Below are positions 19,369 to 28,889 of a stretch of 64,000 nucleotides of DNA, piece by piece (position 1 is the stretch's first letter; the number at the start of each line of letters is the position of its first letter). The DNA lies in NCBI GenBank assembly GCA_963668025.2, contig CAXXTH010000017.1:800001-864000 (forward strand). Direction: 5' to 3'. The translations under genes and the position numbers were made by a program. Source of the DNA: Candidatus Hydrogenedentota bacterium. Lineage in GTDB: Bacteria > Hydrogenedentota > Hydrogenedentia > Hydrogenedentales > SLHB01. A model generated the notes under the pieces. That model was not told where the DNA came from. It worked only from the letters and a program-made list of their open reading frames with translations, and ran no database searches.

Positions 19369-19980
19369 ATGCAGAATATGGCTTTTCTCACCATCCCGGT
19401 TACGGTTTTAACGGCGCTGGCCAGCGTATGGGCCGTAATATGGAGCGCGCGGCGCGTCCACATCGAGGAATCACATCCGGCCGCCCTAACAGCAAATCGC
19501 GGCGGCGGATACCAATTCACCTGCACCCTTTGCCAAAAAGCGATGGCGTTCACTCAAAACGAAATCAAACCGCTAACAGGCATCGAGAAAGGCATGGTGG
19601 TGGCGTCTATCCCCGAAGCCCGGAGGCGTCCCCTTGGATTTCATGAATGCCCCCATTGCGGGGCCGATCATTATTTTCTGCTCGGCAAAGGCTTGCCGCA
19701 ATGGGCAGGCTCCAATCTTTATGTGGCGCAAGATAAACAGGCCACTTGCATCCAATGCCTGCGCCCGCTCCGAAAGCCTCCTTGGCCCAATGGCGCGTAC
19801 GAAGGACGCCCCGGCGACGCCCCGAGCCAGGCGATTGATTTCGGACTGCACTGTTCCCGGTGCGGGGCTGTGGTGTGTATTGAATGCGCGCGCCGGTCCA
19901 CGCGGGAGCCCGCGCCAGGCGGGATCATGGTATGCCCGCGCTGTTTCCGGCCTTCCCTAAATGCGTATTATTATTTTTGA
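19369..19980 (+). CDS. membrane-anchored multi-CxxC zinc-binding protein
   Basis: N-terminal TM; six CxxC motifs (CTLC, CPHC, CIQC, CSRC, CIEC, CPRC). Confidence 0.7.
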   Translation: MQNMAFLTIPVTVLTALASVWAVIWSARRVHIEESHPAALTANRGGGYQFTCTLCQKAMAFTQNEIKPLTGIEKGMVVASIPEARRRPLGFHECPHCGADHYFLLGKGLPQWAGSNLYVAQDKQATCIQCLRPLRKPPWPNGAYEGRPGDAPSQAIDFGLHCSRCGAVVCIECARRSTREPAPGGIMVCPRCFRPSLNAYYYF

Positions 19981-20022
19981 AACGGTGGATACGCCGAATT
20001 AAAGAAACTTTAGGATCAAAAA

Positions 20023-21090
20023 ATGGATGTTATGCACATGCATTCGCGCCACAAACAAAAATATACCTTGGGACGATGCGCCCGGCAAATAGCTATAGCC
20101 TTGCTGGCGGGCTTGCTCGCATCATGCGCCACACCGCAAAAAACGCCTACCGAGGAAAACGCCGGAGCGGACGCAAAACCCAGTCCTAAAACGCCCCGCA
20201 GCACGCGCCTAACTCTTGCCCTTACGAACACAACGCTGGGAGAAGCCGTCCGGAAGGCAGGCCAGGCGGTAGGCGGGCCTATTGCTATTGCGTATGGAAC
20301 CGAGGAACTCTCCATCGCCGACCTGAGCTTTGTCCGGGCGGATGCACGAAATGTAGCGTATAAACTCGCGGAAAAAACGGGCTTGGCCGTGCAAGCATGC
20401 CCGCACTATTATTTTCTCTTTCCTGCTCATTCGGAAGCCCTTACCCAGATTACCCTCGCGGGACAACTCGGCCCTACATATCAACAGCCGGTCGAACAGC
20501 TTTCATTTGGAACGGGTTTCCCCCTTTATGCCGTTTTTGACTGGATCAGCCAAGCGCTTGGCGTTACCGTAGTGGGCGATAGCGCCGTGGGCGAAGTCCG
20601 TTGCGGCGAAATGGCGCTGCGCGATATCCCGCTGGATGAAGGCCTCGAAGCCATCCTCAAATCGGCCCGGGCCGCAGGCATCCGCCTGGATGTCACGGAT
20701 GAATATGTCTTCTTCCTGGCGAAAGATAATCCATGCCCCGCGTCAGCGCTCCTAAATGGCGATGCGCTGGATAACCGCATGCAGGAAATCCTCGAAAAAC
20801 GGGTAAACGTATGCATGCCCCGCCCACCCAAAGCGCCGGGCCGGATCGAACTGGTTGGAGAAGCAGAACCGCTTTCGGAGGTGCTGCCATCCCTTTCCCA
20901 GCAATTAGGCATACCGGTAGTGGCCGAAAAAGGCCTTGGAGATATCCCCATAAATCCCGCCGCATTGAATAATGTGCGGGTGCGCACCGCAATGGACTTG
21001 CTCATCCGGCAATGGCTCACCGCTGATTATGGCTATCAAATCACCCACGACCGCATTGTCATTCAACGCCGGCCGCTAAACCGGCCTTAA
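20023..21090 (+). CDS. lipoprotein with repeated secretin/TonB N-terminal (STN)-like modules
   Basis: Lipobox LLASC; three repeats of the pattern 'L..v...i.qalGv.vV....v....l...pl..al..ll'. Confidence 0.6.
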   Translation: MDVMHMHSRHKQKYTLGRCARQIAIALLAGLLASCATPQKTPTEENAGADAKPSPKTPRSTRLTLALTNTTLGEAVRKAGQAVGGPIAIAYGTEELSIADLSFVRADARNVAYKLAEKTGLAVQACPHYYFLFPAHSEALTQITLAGQLGPTYQQPVEQLSFGTGFPLYAVFDWISQALGVTVVGDSAVGEVRCGEMALRDIPLDEGLEAILKSARAAGIRLDVTDEYVFFLAKDNPCPASALLNGDALDNRMQEILEKRVNVCMPRPPKAPGRIELVGEAEPLSEVLPSLSQQLGIPVVAEKGLGDIPINPAALNNVRVRTAMDLLIRQWLTADYGYQITHDRIVIQRRPLNRP

Positions 21091-21301
21091 CGCTATCCGC
21101 TTCACACGATCGCCGCGGCAAAATATGGGAAACGCCAGCACATCACATAAATAGAAACAAACCCATTTCGTCTATGTACTTGTATATAAGCGCCATTCAC
21201 TGGTGTTTATCCGCGAATGAGGTGACGCGCCCACTCATTGCGTGGAATCCGCAAGACTGATAACATGAAGAGTGGCGCTTGAGTAAGGGAGAAGCGCGCC
21301 G

Positions 21302-22294
21302 ATGCTGGAATGCAACAGCCAGGCAGCAAAATCAATGGCTAATAACGAGAGCACTCATAAAGGCGATAGCACCCAGTTCTTCTCAGAAGAAGATGTCCGC
21401 AATTTGCGCGCGGAGCAAGAGGAACTGCATGCAAGCCTCATCATTGTCGCGGGCGAGGAAATCGGCCGCGAAATCGACCTTAGCCAGCCGGAAATGATCA
21501 TCGGACGGGGAGAAGAAGCGGGCGTTCGCATCTTTTCTCGCTCTGTCTCGCGCTCGCACGCCCGCATTACTCGAGCCGCCAGCCTCAAAGGCTATGAGTT
21601 CATGATTCATGACATGGGAAGCATGAACGGCATCCTCGTCAATAATGTGCAGATTACTTCCACGGTCCTGCGCGACGGCGATAAAGTCCAACTGGGCGAT
21701 GTGGTCTTTAAATTCATGGTGCAAGACGCCATCGATGCCCAGTTCCACGAGCAGATTCATCGCCTTATCCACTTCGACCAGCTCACCGGCCTCATGACCA
21801 TGGACACGTTCCGGCGCGTGCTCGATGACACCATCCGCTATTCCCACCATTCGGAAGTGTTTTCGCTGGCCATGACCGATCTGGACGGTTTGAAAAAAGT
21901 CAATGACACATTGGGCCACTTGGCGGGCCGAAAAACCGTCGCCGCCATGGGCATGATGATGCGCGCCGCGATTCGCCCCACGGACCGCGCCGGACTCTAC
22001 GGCGGTGACGAAGCCATCGTGCTCTATCCGAAAACACCCCTCAGCCAAGCCTGTGATATCGCCGAGGGATTGCGCCGCAATATCGAGGCGCGCGCTTTCG
22101 AGCATAATGGCCGCGCCTATCACGTCACCATCAGCCAAGGCCTTGCCGAGTGGCCGCTCCACGGGCGCAACGCCGAAGAGATCATCGCCGCCGCCGATTC
22201 CGCCCTCTATCGCGCCAAGGCCGATGGACGCAATTGCGTGCGTTTCGCTATTTCGCCACAAACCCCGACGGCCATCGCCAAACCGGGTGAATAA
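21302..22294 (+). CDS. FHA-GGDEF diguanylate cyclase
   Basis: FHA motifs IIGR, SVSRSHA, GSMNG; DQLTGL, DLDGLKKVNDTLGH, RxxD I-site, GGDEA; start may be 21335. Confidence 0.9.
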   Translation: MLECNSQAAKSMANNESTHKGDSTQFFSEEDVRNLRAEQEELHASLIIVAGEEIGREIDLSQPEMIIGRGEEAGVRIFSRSVSRSHARITRAASLKGYEFMIHDMGSMNGILVNNVQITSTVLRDGDKVQLGDVVFKFMVQDAIDAQFHEQIHRLIHFDQLTGLMTMDTFRRVLDDTIRYSHHSEVFSLAMTDLDGLKKVNDTLGHLAGRKTVAAMGMMMRAAIRPTDRAGLYGGDEAIVLYPKTPLSQACDIAEGLRRNIEARAFEHNGRAYHVTISQGLAEWPLHGRNAEEIIAAADSALYRAKADGRNCVRFAISPQTPTAIAKPGE

Positions 22295-23087
22295 GGTGCG
22301 CCCTTGCGTCACGCTTGTCACGGACTTTGGCGGACGCGACCCGTATGTGGCTTCCATGAAAGGCATACTCGCCTCGTTATGCCCGGATGCGTCCGTGATG
22401 GACCTCACCCATGATATCGCTCCGCAGGATGTTTTCGAGGCCGCCTTATTTATCGCCGCCGCCGCTCCCTATTTCCCGCCAGGCGCGATCCATGTGGCGG
22501 TAGTTGATCCCGGCGTCGGTACGGCGCGCCGCCCGCTCGTTGCCCACGCGGGAGGCCAGTTCTTCGTTTTTCCCGATAATGGCTTGCTCACTCTGTATTT
22601 ACGCGCCCACGCCCTGGAAGAAGCACGTATCATCGAGAATCCCGCATGGATGCGCCAAACCATCTCGGCCACCTTTCATGGCCGGGACATATTCGCTCCT
22701 GCCGCCGCCCGCTTGGCGTTAGGAGCGCCTATGGAAGATGCAGGCCCCATCGCGGAAAACCTTGCCGCCCTCGATATTCCTCTTCCCATCCGCACGGAGG
22801 AATCCATCACCGGCGAGGTGATCCATATTGATCGCTTCGGTAACGCCATCACCAATATCCACCGTACGGCTTTGGTTAAAATTCATGAATACACGGTTTT
22901 TGCCGCAGACAAATCAATAAAATGGGCAAATGCCTATGGAGAAGTTCCATTATCCGAATATCTTGCCCTTTTCGGCAGCGCGGATTTTCTCGAGATTGCC
23001 CAAAACAGGGGGGACGCGGCAGCCACGCTGCGCTTGGTTCGTGGAACAACCATACAGGTTCTTTTGAAAAAATGTAACGATCGGTAG
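22287..23087 (+). CDS. SAM hydrolase / SAM-dependent halogenase family protein (DUF62)
   Basis: TLVTDFG, VVDPGVGTARR, PDNG, SATFHGRDIF, IDRFGNAITNI; GTG start estimated. Confidence 0.92.
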   Translation: MNKVRPCVTLVTDFGGRDPYVASMKGILASLCPDASVMDLTHDIAPQDVFEAALFIAAAAPYFPPGAIHVAVVDPGVGTARRPLVAHAGGQFFVFPDNGLLTLYLRAHALEEARIIENPAWMRQTISATFHGRDIFAPAAARLALGAPMEDAGPIAENLAALDIPLPIRTEESITGEVIHIDRFGNAITNIHRTALVKIHEYTVFAADKSIKWANAYGEVPLSEYLALFGSADFLEIAQNRGDAAATLRLVRGTTIQVLLKKCNDR

Positions 23088-23208
23088 ATCGCGTTGTATT
23101 GTACATCAAACGGGCTTGGGCCAGTTCCCAGCCCAGGGAGTCAGGCTTTCCCCGCGGCAGCGGAAGGAGAGCGCAAATGCGCTACAGCGCGCGCTAAGGA
23201 GAATAGAT

Positions 23209-23310
23209 ATGAAGCACCTGAAGAAAGTGACAAAGCCGGCCGTCGCAGACAATTGGTACGATGAAATCGTAACCTTCTTTGAAGATCTCTTCGGCAAAAA
23301 CGACGAATAA
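23209..23310 (+). CDS. 33-aa small peptide MKHLKKVTKPAVADNWYDEIVTFFEDLFGKNDE
   Basis: TAAGGAG RBS 7 nt before the ATG; dedicated terminator directly after the stop. Confidence 0.65.
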   Translation: MKHLKKVTKPAVADNWYDEIVTFFEDLFGKNDE

Positions 23311-23325
23311 GCGGTACGCCTGTTA

Positions 23326-23368
23326 AAAACGGGCTCTTGCGGGGATATTCTCTGCAAGAGCCCGTTTT
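23326..23368. terminator. bidirectional rho-independent terminator between the peptide gene and pilT
   Basis: AAAACGGGCTCTTGC...GCAAGAGCCCGTTTT perfect 15-bp arms including A/T tails. Confidence 0.85.
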
Positions 23369-23374
23369 CTTTGT

Positions 23375-24448
23375 TTAGTTCGTGCGCAATCCCTGGATGC
23401 GTAATTTCAAGTCCTTGGGGCTAGTGGCGTTAAGGAGCGCCACTTCCGCCGTAATACGGTCGGCTTTATACAAGGCATAAAGAGCCTGATCGAAGGTTTG
23501 CATGCCATATTGCTCGACGCCTTCCTCGATCAGTTTGACGATTTCCTTGAAACTTTTGCCCAACTCGATGAAGTCGCGCACCGTGCGGTTGCCGATGAGG
23601 ATCTCGGCGGCGACGCATCGGCCTGCGCCCGCTTTTATGGGCAGAAGCCGCTGGCTCACCACCCCGCGAATCACGCTCGCAAGCTGCTTGCGAATCTGAA
23701 CCTGCTGGTGCGGCTCGAAGAAGTCGAGAATACGGTTCAACGTTTCCACCGCGTCCACCGTGTGCAGCGTCGAGAACACCAAATGGCCCGTTTCCGCCGA
23801 AGCAAGCGCCGTTTTGACCGTCTCGGCGTCGCGCATTTCACCGATGAGAATGACGTCCGGGTCTTGCCGCAACGCCCCGCGCAAGGCGTTCGCGAACGAC
23901 AGGGTGTCATGCCCTACTTCACGCTGCGTGATGATGGCCGTCTTGTCGCGATGGACGAACTCGAGGGGATCCTCGACCGTGACCACATGGACCGCGCGCG
24001 TGGAGTTGATTTCATCAATGAGCGCGGCAAGCGTGGTCGATTTGCCGCTGCCCGTGACGCCCGTCACCAGCACCAGGCCATTGCGCAGTTTGCAGACTTG
24101 GTGCAGCACCGGCGGCAAGGTTAATTCATCGATCCGCTTGATGTCCATGGGAATCGTGCGCAGTACCACCCGCGTATCGCCGTCGTCGCAGCATACATTC
24201 ACGCGGAACCGGGCGATGTCCTCGAGCATATACGACGTATCGAGTTCTTTGACCTTCTTGAACTTGTCGATATCCTCGGGCTTCACAATGGTCCGGAGCA
24301 TGGCGAGGATGTCGTTCTCGGTGAGCGGCTCGCCCTCGAGGCGCATCAGCTCGCCGTCAATGCGGTAAATGGGCGGATTATCGGTTTTCAGATGGATATC
24401 CGACGCGTTTTGCTCGATGGCGCCTCGCATCAATTCCTTTAAATTCAT
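23375..24448 (-). CDS. pilT: type IV pilus twitching-motility ATPase (PilT/PilU family)
   Basis: ASDIHL, GVTGSGKST, TVEDPLE, QREVG, LRQDPDVILIGEMRD, GHLVFSTLHT, GMQTFDQ. Confidence 0.93.
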   Translation of the reverse strand: MNLKELMRGAIEQNASDIHLKTDNPPIYRIDGELMRLEGEPLTENDILAMLRTIVKPEDIDKFKKVKELDTSYMLEDIARFRVNVCCDDGDTRVVLRTIPMDIKRIDELTLPPVLHQVCKLRNGLVLVTGVTGSGKSTTLAALIDEINSTRAVHVVTVEDPLEFVHRDKTAIITQREVGHDTLSFANALRGALRQDPDVILIGEMRDAETVKTALASAETGHLVFSTLHTVDAVETLNRILDFFEPHQQVQIRKQLASVIRGVVSQRLLPIKAGAGRCVAAEILIGNRTVRDFIELGKSFKEIVKLIEEGVEQYGMQTFDQALYALYKADRITAEVALLNATSPKDLKLRIQGLRTN

Positions 24449-24487
24449 GGCCGTTATCTCCTCTTCTCCGCCAGAGATCCAGATTTT

Positions 24488-24635
24488 TCCACCACTAAGA
24501 CACTAAGACACCAGGAGTTTTAAGTGTTTTCTTGTCTGCTCTGCTCTAGATTTGTAAATAGCAGACTTATTTACTGGCTACAGCCGCCGGATAATTCTTG
24601 CGGGCCTCCTCGTGCCTTTGTGCCTTGGTGGTGAA
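24488..24635. repeat. inverted-repeat element with 8-nt periodic arms (MITE/REPIN-like)
   Basis: Left arm TCCACCACTAAGACACTAAGACACCAGGAG; right arm reverse complement TTCACCACCAAGGCACAAAGGCACGAGGAG; ~90-nt spacer. Confidence 0.75.
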
Positions 24636-24703
24636 CTCTCCGGAAGATTCATCACGAAGAGCGCCGCGCGGCATGTCCCATGCGCACATTCGTGGTTTGA
24701 TCG

Positions 24704-26446
24704 TTACATTTCTTCCCCGCCCGCGTGGCGCTCCGCGATCTCGGCCACGGCGTCTTTGTCGAGCTTCGGGAAGAGCACTTCCGGGGTATTCAGCGGCGCG
24801 CCAGCGGGCAGCAGCGTTTTCGCGGCTTCCCAGCCATTCTCGCCGCCCTCCGGGCCGCCCGTGGGCAAGGTGATGTTCAAGATGCCCGCGAGTTTTTGCG
24901 CGCCATCAGGCGTGAATGGCGCCATGAGCGTACACAGCGCCCGCACCACCTGGCAGCACACATACAGCGTCGTGGCGGTGCGTTCGAGGTCTGTCTTGCG
25001 CGTCACCCAGGGCTGTTTCGTGTCAAAATACTGGTTCGCCTTGCGGCCTGTGTCAATGAACCGTTCGAGGGCCAGGCGGAACCGGAACTGTTCGATGGCC
25101 TCGCCCACGGCGTCGATCTGCTCCGGCAAGCTGGCTAACAGCGCCTGGTCTTCCGCATCGAGCGGGCCGGGCGTGGGCACGCATCCGCCGAAATTCTTCA
25201 CCGCCATGGTGAGCGAACGATGGACGAAATTGCCCACCACATCGCACAGCTCGCCGTTGTAGCGATTTAAGAATTCATCCCAGTCGAACGCGGAGTCTTT
25301 CGTCTCGGGCATGATGGCGCTCAGGTAATACCGGATGGCGTCGCGGCTGAAATGCTGGACGAACCACCGCACACTGATCATGTTGCCCTTCGATTTCGAG
25401 CCTTTTTCCGTCTTGCCTGTCGTGCGGTTGACCACGTTGAGGTATTCATTGCCGACGACATTATCCGCCAGATTATAGCCTGGCTGGCCCATAAGCATCG
25501 CGGGGAAAATGATGGCATGGAAAGGCACGTTGTCTTTGCCAATGAAATGGAGCAGCCGCGTGCTCGAATCTTTCCACCACGTTTCCCATGCGGTATCGCC
25601 CAGGCCATGGTCTATCCCCCATTGGCGCGTATTGGTGACATACCCGATGGGTGCGTCGAACCACACATAAATGCGCTTGCCTTGGGCTTCCGGCGCGTCG
25701 ACGGGGATGGGGATGCCCCATTCCGTATCGCGGGTGATGCAGCGGGAGTGGAGATTTTCAACCCAGCCATAGGCGATGCCGCGCACATTGGCCCGCCACT
25801 CGGGGTGGCTATCGAGCCATTGGCGCAGCCGCTCCGTAAAATCGCCCAGGCGCAGAAACCAATGCACCGATTCCTTGAGGACAGGCGTCGAGGAATCGCC
25901 GGGTATGTTGGCTTTCGGATGAATCAGCTCTTGGGTGGCGTATTGCGCGCCGCAATTCTCGCATTCATCGCCCGTGGCCTCTTCATAGCCGCATTTTGGG
26001 CACGTGCCTTTCACATACCGGTCGGGCAGGAAGGTGTCGGATTGTTCGGAATACCACAGCTCCATGCTCTCCTTCGAGATAAAGCCCTGCCGGTCGAGTT
26101 CTATAAAAAATGCCTGCGTGGTTTCGACATGCAAGGGCCACGAGGTGCGCCCATAGATATCATACGAAATGTCTAAGTCCGCGAACGATTGTGCGTTGGC
26201 CTCGTGGTAGCGGTTGATCACGTCTTGGGGCGTAATGCCCTCCTTGAGGGCCTTGAGCGTGATGGCGACTCCATGTTCATCCGAACCGCCCACATACAAC
26301 ACCGGAGCGCCTTTCATGCGCAGATAGCGGACATAGATATCCGCGGGGATATACGCCCCGGCGATGTGCCCCAGATGAATGTAGCCATTGGCATACGGCA
26401 GGGCGCTGGTCACTAAGGTGCGCTGGAATTGCAAGTGCGGAGTCAT
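24704..26446 (-). CDS. metG: methionine--tRNA ligase (no C-terminal tRNA-binding appendix)
   Basis: TSALPYANG, HLGH, GSDEHG, CPKC/CENC knuckle, YVWFDAPIGY, FIGKDN, KGSKS in place of KMSKS. Confidence 0.97.
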   Translation of the reverse strand: MTPHLQFQRTLVTSALPYANGYIHLGHIAGAYIPADIYVRYLRMKGAPVLYVGGSDEHGVAITLKALKEGITPQDVINRYHEANAQSFADLDISYDIYGRTSWPLHVETTQAFFIELDRQGFISKESMELWYSEQSDTFLPDRYVKGTCPKCGYEEATGDECENCGAQYATQELIHPKANIPGDSSTPVLKESVHWFLRLGDFTERLRQWLDSHPEWRANVRGIAYGWVENLHSRCITRDTEWGIPIPVDAPEAQGKRIYVWFDAPIGYVTNTRQWGIDHGLGDTAWETWWKDSSTRLLHFIGKDNVPFHAIIFPAMLMGQPGYNLADNVVGNEYLNVVNRTTGKTEKGSKSKGNMISVRWFVQHFSRDAIRYYLSAIMPETKDSAFDWDEFLNRYNGELCDVVGNFVHRSLTMAVKNFGGCVPTPGPLDAEDQALLASLPEQIDAVGEAIEQFRFRLALERFIDTGRKANQYFDTKQPWVTRKTDLERTATTLYVCCQVVRALCTLMAPFTPDGAQKLAGILNITLPTGGPEGGENGWEAAKTLLPAGAPLNTPEVLFPKLDKDAVAEIAERHAGGEEM

Positions 26447-26546
26447 GGCGGCGTTCTCATTCCTTTGTTGGCTATATGGCGTTCATTTATGCCGCGAATT
26501 GCGGAAACTATAAAACAATGACGGCTGGCGTATGCGCCCCATCCAG

Positions 26547-26570
26547 CGGTGGGGCAAGCCCCACCCTACA
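26547..26570 (-). repeat. GTAG-type REP
   Basis: Reverse complement TGTAG-GGTGGGGC-TT-GCCCCACC-G; identical copies at 29061 and 41700. Confidence 0.8.
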
Positions 26571-26631
26571 TATTCCTTGCTTTATACGCATTGTGAGGGA
26601 CCGGCGTCCTCGCCGGACAATACTCGAAGCT

Positions 26632-27030
26632 TTAGCTGGCTTTACGCTTCGCGTTCACGCCCTCGAGCACGAGCGACGAACCATCCCAGGTGCCCGATTT
26701 CGACTGGCCAGCGGCTCCTACGGTGATCGCGCCGTCCTTCACACTATATTGTCCATTAATTCCGCCCGGAATCGGCACCGCTTCACCGGAAATATGCACC
26801 TTAGGCTCTTCGCTGAATTCAAGTACGTACTTGCCTACTTCCCAAGCCGTGCCCGCCAAACTGGCGTATGCGCCTGGCGCGGCCGGATTCGCGGCTCCAT
26901 CCGCCGCAGATGCGGCGGGGGCATTCGTTTGCGGCGGTGTGGGCGGATTCGCCGGCTCGGCGGGTTTCGAGCAGGCCCAGCCCAGCAATACAAGAGGAAG
27001 CAACGCAAGCAGACAGCGTCCGATGGACAT
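26632..27030 (-). CDS. small lipoprotein, unknown function
   Basis: MSIGRCLLALLPLVLLGWAC lipobox, Pro/Ala linker, small beta-rich domain; the longer ORF call runs into the IS and is an artefact. Confidence 0.75.
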   Translation of the reverse strand: MSIGRCLLALLPLVLLGWACSKPAEPANPPTPPQTNAPAASAADGAANPAAPGAYASLAGTAWEVGKYVLEFSEEPKVHISGEAVPIPGGINGQYSVKDGAITVGAAGQSKSGTWDGSSLVLEGVNAKRKAS

Positions 27031-27189
27031 GTTCATTTCCTTTCCTAGCCTTGAAGGAAGCCGATTCAACAAAACGGAATTGTACCATGCGAATGGTTTG
27101 TTTCCAATTCGCGAGGGTGTGCGCCATGATTGTGTTTCGTTGCGTCCAGATGTTTTTTGCGGTATAATTTTGTGTCTGTATAGACACAA

Positions 27190-27552
27190 ATGGAGGCCGC
27201 CATGAACATTGAGACGATTGAAGCGCAACGGGAATGTATTTTGGGGCAGATGCGCGCCATTCGAAGCGCCCACCCGGGCGGCGTGTCGGAGCAAATGGTC
27301 AAGGGCACACGCAAGGACATGCCGGAGGCCGTGGAACGGGGACCTTATTACTCCCTGCAGTGGTACGAGCAGGGAAAGCCCCGGCGGCAGCGGCTGCGAA
27401 GTCCCGAGGACGTGCGGCGCGCCCGTGAACAGACGGACAACAGCAAGCGTATTCACGAACTCGCCGAACGCTTTTGCGAGCTGACACAACAGCTCGGAGA
27501 GCTTGAGCGCGACAAGGAGGCCGCCCACGAGCGGCAAAAAAAAGGGCTCTAG
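27190..27552 (+). CDS. IS orfA (DUF6788-like), probable N-terminus of a frameshifted transposase
   Basis: 'RGPYYSLQW..GKPRRQRL' motif; ends just after an A8 run. Confidence 0.7.
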   Translation: MEAAMNIETIEAQRECILGQMRAIRSAHPGGVSEQMVKGTRKDMPEAVERGPYYSLQWYEQGKPRRQRLRSPEDVRRAREQTDNSKRIHELAERFCELTQQLGELERDKEAAHERQKKGL

Positions 27553-27575
27553 TCGAACTGGAAAGGTCCGCGGAA

Positions 27576-28889
27576 ATGTCGCGGGCGCTGGCGCTAGTCC
27601 GCCGGGACCGCGGCGTGGACTTTGAAGCAACGGAGAAACTCATCCGCACCGCCGCCCTGGAAGGCGCGGGAAAGACGCTGGCCGTCCTGTTCGACAAGGC
27701 AAACGCCATTGTCCAGGGCCAGGAGCATGCGTGCCCGCTGTGCGGCCATCCCATGCGCCGCGCGGGCATGCGGGCCAGGCGCATCACGACCATTCTGGGG
27801 AACGTCACGCAGGAGCGCGCGATGTACCGCTGCCCATGCGGGGCCACCGCCTATCCAGCGGACGAACTGCTGGATGTCGCGGGCACTTCGCGTTCGCCCG
27901 GCGTCAGGCGAATGACGGCGCGCCTTGGCGCGCGGGAAAGCTTCGCGGACGCCGCCGGGGATCTAAAAGAACTGGCGGGCATCAGCGTGAGCGCCAAGGA
28001 CTGCGAGCGGTCCAGCGAGCAGACGGGAGCGGACGTGGCCGCGTGGGAAAAGCAGCGGCGCGGGCATCCGTCAAACCCCGCGCAGCCCAGCACCGGCGAT
28101 GAGATTCCCGTCCTGTACATCGAAATGGACGGCACGGGGGTTCCCGTCGTCAAGTCCGAAACGGACGGGCGCAAGGGAAAGGCGCAAGACGGATCCGCCA
28201 AAACCCGTGAGGCCAAAATCGGATGCGTCTTCACACAAACCAGCACGGACGAGAAGGGGGAGCCGGTGCGCGACCCCGGCAGCACCACCTTTTCCGGCGC
28301 CGTGGAAAACGCCGAAGCCTTTGCAGGCCGCATCTTCGCCGAAGCCCAGCGCCGTGGACTGGAACGCGCGCAAAAGGTGGTGGTCCTTTCCGACGGCGCG
28401 CAATGGATAGCGAACATCGCCGCCGACTACTTCCCCGGGGCCGTTCACATCCTCGACCTGTATCACGCACTGGAACACCTGGCGCTGTTGTGCGCGCTGC
28501 TCTTTGGGAAGACCACTGAGCTGGGGATGCGGATGCGCCAAAGCCTCAGCGAACTCGTGCGGCAGGGAGAGGCCGCGCAGGCCCTGGAGCTACTGCGGCC
28601 ACACATGCCCAGCCACGACGATGACGGCAAGGCGGCCTGGGAACATTTTCTGTATCTGGGCAGCCGCGCCCACATGATGCGCTATGCCGAATTCCGGGAA
28701 CAAAAACTGTTCGTCGGCTCCGGCGTCATAGAGGCCGGCTGCAAAAATGTTGTAGGAAAACGGCTCAAGCAGTCCGGAATGAGATGGACGGTCAACGGTG
28801 CAAACAAGATCATTACGCTACGATGCGCCTTCTTGAACAGAGACTTCGAAGACTTCTGGGCCGACAGAGCTAGGAAAGATGCCGCATGA
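27576..28889 (+). CDS. ISKra4/UPF0236-type DDE transposase (orfB)
   Basis: CPLC/CPC, YIEMDGTGVP, LSDGAQWI, LDLYHALEHL, VGSGVIEAGCK...RLKQSGMRW. Confidence 0.92.
   Translation: MSRALALVRRDRGVDFEATEKLIRTAALEGAGKTLAVLFDKANAIVQGQEHACPLCGHPMRRAGMRARRITTILGNVTQERAMYRCPCGATAYPADELLDVAGTSRSPGVRRMTARLGARESFADAAGDLKELAGISVSAKDCERSSEQTGADVAAWEKQRRGHPSNPAQPSTGDEIPVLYIEMDGTGVPVVKSETDGRKGKAQDGSAKTREAKIGCVFTQTSTDEKGEPVRDPGSTTFSGAVENAEAFAGRIFAEAQRRGLERAQKVVVLSDGAQWIANIAADYFPGAVHILDLYHALEHLALLCALLFGKTTELGMRMRQSLSELVRQGEAAQALELLRPHMPSHDDDGKAAWEHFLYLGSRAHMMRYAEFREQKLFVGSGVIEAGCKNVVGKRLKQSGMRWTVNGANKIITLRCAFLNRDFEDFWADRARKDAA

Noticed and set aside
26632-27630. 332-aa ORF as a single protein
   Set aside because: The N-terminal 200 aa are antisense IS and intergenic sequence; the real gene starts at the lipoprotein signal near 27030
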